NCBI GenBank assembly: GCA_038087875.1
Contig: CM075994.1
Span: 6,264,001-6,328,000 of the forward strand
DNA: 64,000 nt
Direction of reading: 5' to 3'
Source: Malacoraja senta
Lineage: Eukaryota
Shown: positions 62,651-64,000 of the stretch, in pieces
Numbering within the stretch: the stretch's first letter is position 1
Layout: each line of letters starts with the position of its first letter
The notes under the pieces: model-generated
Databases searched by the model: none
Told to the model about the DNA's origin: nothing
What the model saw: the letters and a program-made list of their open reading frames with translations, nothing else
Program-made: the position numbers and the translations under genes

Positions 62651-63092
62651 CTCATTAAATTGAGGTGAAAAAACAGACAGGATAAATAGTAAGATGGGCA
62701 GGGTGTAGTCCAGACACTCAAAACACAAAATGTGATCAACTTGTTAAATTGTGAAATAACAACAGCAATAAAAGTGATTTCCCATCGTAACTGCTTAGTT
62801 ATAGGGAGCACAGATTGTTCAAATGCAGCCATAGGAGACTTTTTAACGAGTACATAACAAATCCGCTGAGGCAGAAGGTTCAGGGGAGCAGAGGCGTGCA
62901 GCAAAAACCTGCTGGTGTGGATAGGAAAGATCCAACATTTCGAAAGCACTAAAATCTGAGATTCTCGGAGCGGGGTTTCCTCTAGATGGCTGACTAGAAC
63001 TTCTCATCAGTTGTGCACTGTGATCTCAGCGTTTCATTTAGAGGTACCATGGACAGTTCAGAATACGTTGATAAGACACAGGAGAAGAATTA

Positions 63093-63398
63093 AGGACCTG
63101 TCCCACTGTACAAGGTAATTCAAGAGCTCTCCCGAGTTTAAAAAAAATCAAACTCGTGGTAAGTACGTAGAATGTACGTAGCGGCTACGTCAGAGCTCGT
63201 GGATGTCTCGTAGCAGCTCCTAATGCTAACGGCAGGTACTCGGGAAACGCGGTAACTCGTGAATTTTTTTCAGCGCTGTGAAAAATGTCCACGAGAGCCC
63301 CAAGTACATACGAACGGCTATTACCGTAATTCTCCGAGTTCGAATCAGGGGAAACTCGGGAGAACTCTTGAATTACCTCGTACAGTGGGACAGACCCT
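63093..63398. mobile_element. PIF/Harbinger-type MITE
   Basis: ~47-bp TIRs; TTA TSD (63090-92, 63399-401); empty site gaattaggcc in paralog at ~8592-8601. Confidence 0.88.
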
Positions 63399-63401
63399 TT
63401 A

Positions 63402-64000
63402 GGCCACTGGACGCCAAGAAAGGGAGTTTGTGGAGTGCCTCTGAGATGAATTTTTAGAGAAGCTTGTACCGGAGCCTACCAGGGAGAAGGCAATTCTGGG
63501 TTTAGTGTTGTGTAATGAACCTGATTTGATAAAGGAACACAAGGTTATGGAACCATTTGGAGGTAGTGACCATAATAAGAAAAGTTTTAGTCTACAATTT
63601 GGGAGGGAGAAGGTAAATTTGGAAGTGTCAGCACTACAGTTAGCAAAGGGGACTATGGAGGCATGAGGGAGGAGCTGGCCAAAGTAGACTGGAAAGATTC
63701 TCCAGCAGGGATGACAGTGGAACAACAATGGCAGGTATTTCTGGGAATAATACAGGTGCAGGATCAGTTCAATCTAAAGAGGAAGAAAGTTTCTAAGGGG
63801 AGTAAGAGGCGACCATGGGTGACAAGGGACATCAAGGACAGTATAAAAATAAAAGAGAAGAAGTATAACATAGCAAAGATGAGCGGGAAGCCAGAAGATA
63901 GGGGAACTTTTAAAGAGCAACAGAAGATAACTAAAAAGGCAATATGGGGAGAAAAGATGAGGTACAGAGGTAAGCTAGCCAAGAATATAATGGAGGATAG
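63402..64000 (+). mobile_element. Older CR1 fragment (EN C-terminus/linker)
   Basis: PTREKAILGLVLCNEPDLI…GGSDHN. Confidence 0.75.

Overview
Repeat-dense vertebrate genomic DNA. The mix of CR1, L1, Rex1, Penelope and tRNA-derived SINE repeats suggests a cartilaginous fish such as a skate or ray (inference). There are two 200-nt N gaps. The main host-gene content is a six-exon, plus-strand CD2/SLAM-family immunoreceptor: leader 43683-43752, IgV 46306-46635, IgC2 47260-47550, TM 49794-49903, ITSM exon 53000-53471 and terminal exon 62523-62650. All splice phases are compatible. Its ITSM exon is split by a 355-bp antisense CR1 insertion (GGAAA duplication) that places a stop codon before the TIYDKI motif. 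A paralogous terminal exon/3'UTR at ~8.1-8.7 kb points to a gene cluster. The minus strand carries remnants of a second receptor: an ITIM exon at 10989-11141 and two duplicated TM exons with complementary lesions. Mobile elements include two full-length TSD-flanked L1s, a non-autonomous Helitron, three Penelope-like elements with hammerhead-ribozyme motifs, an RSg-1/L2-like LINE nested in a CR1, a decayed hAT transposase, Harbinger-type MITEs, an ISL2EU-like THAP foldback element, and a local tandem duplication at 31-39 kb.
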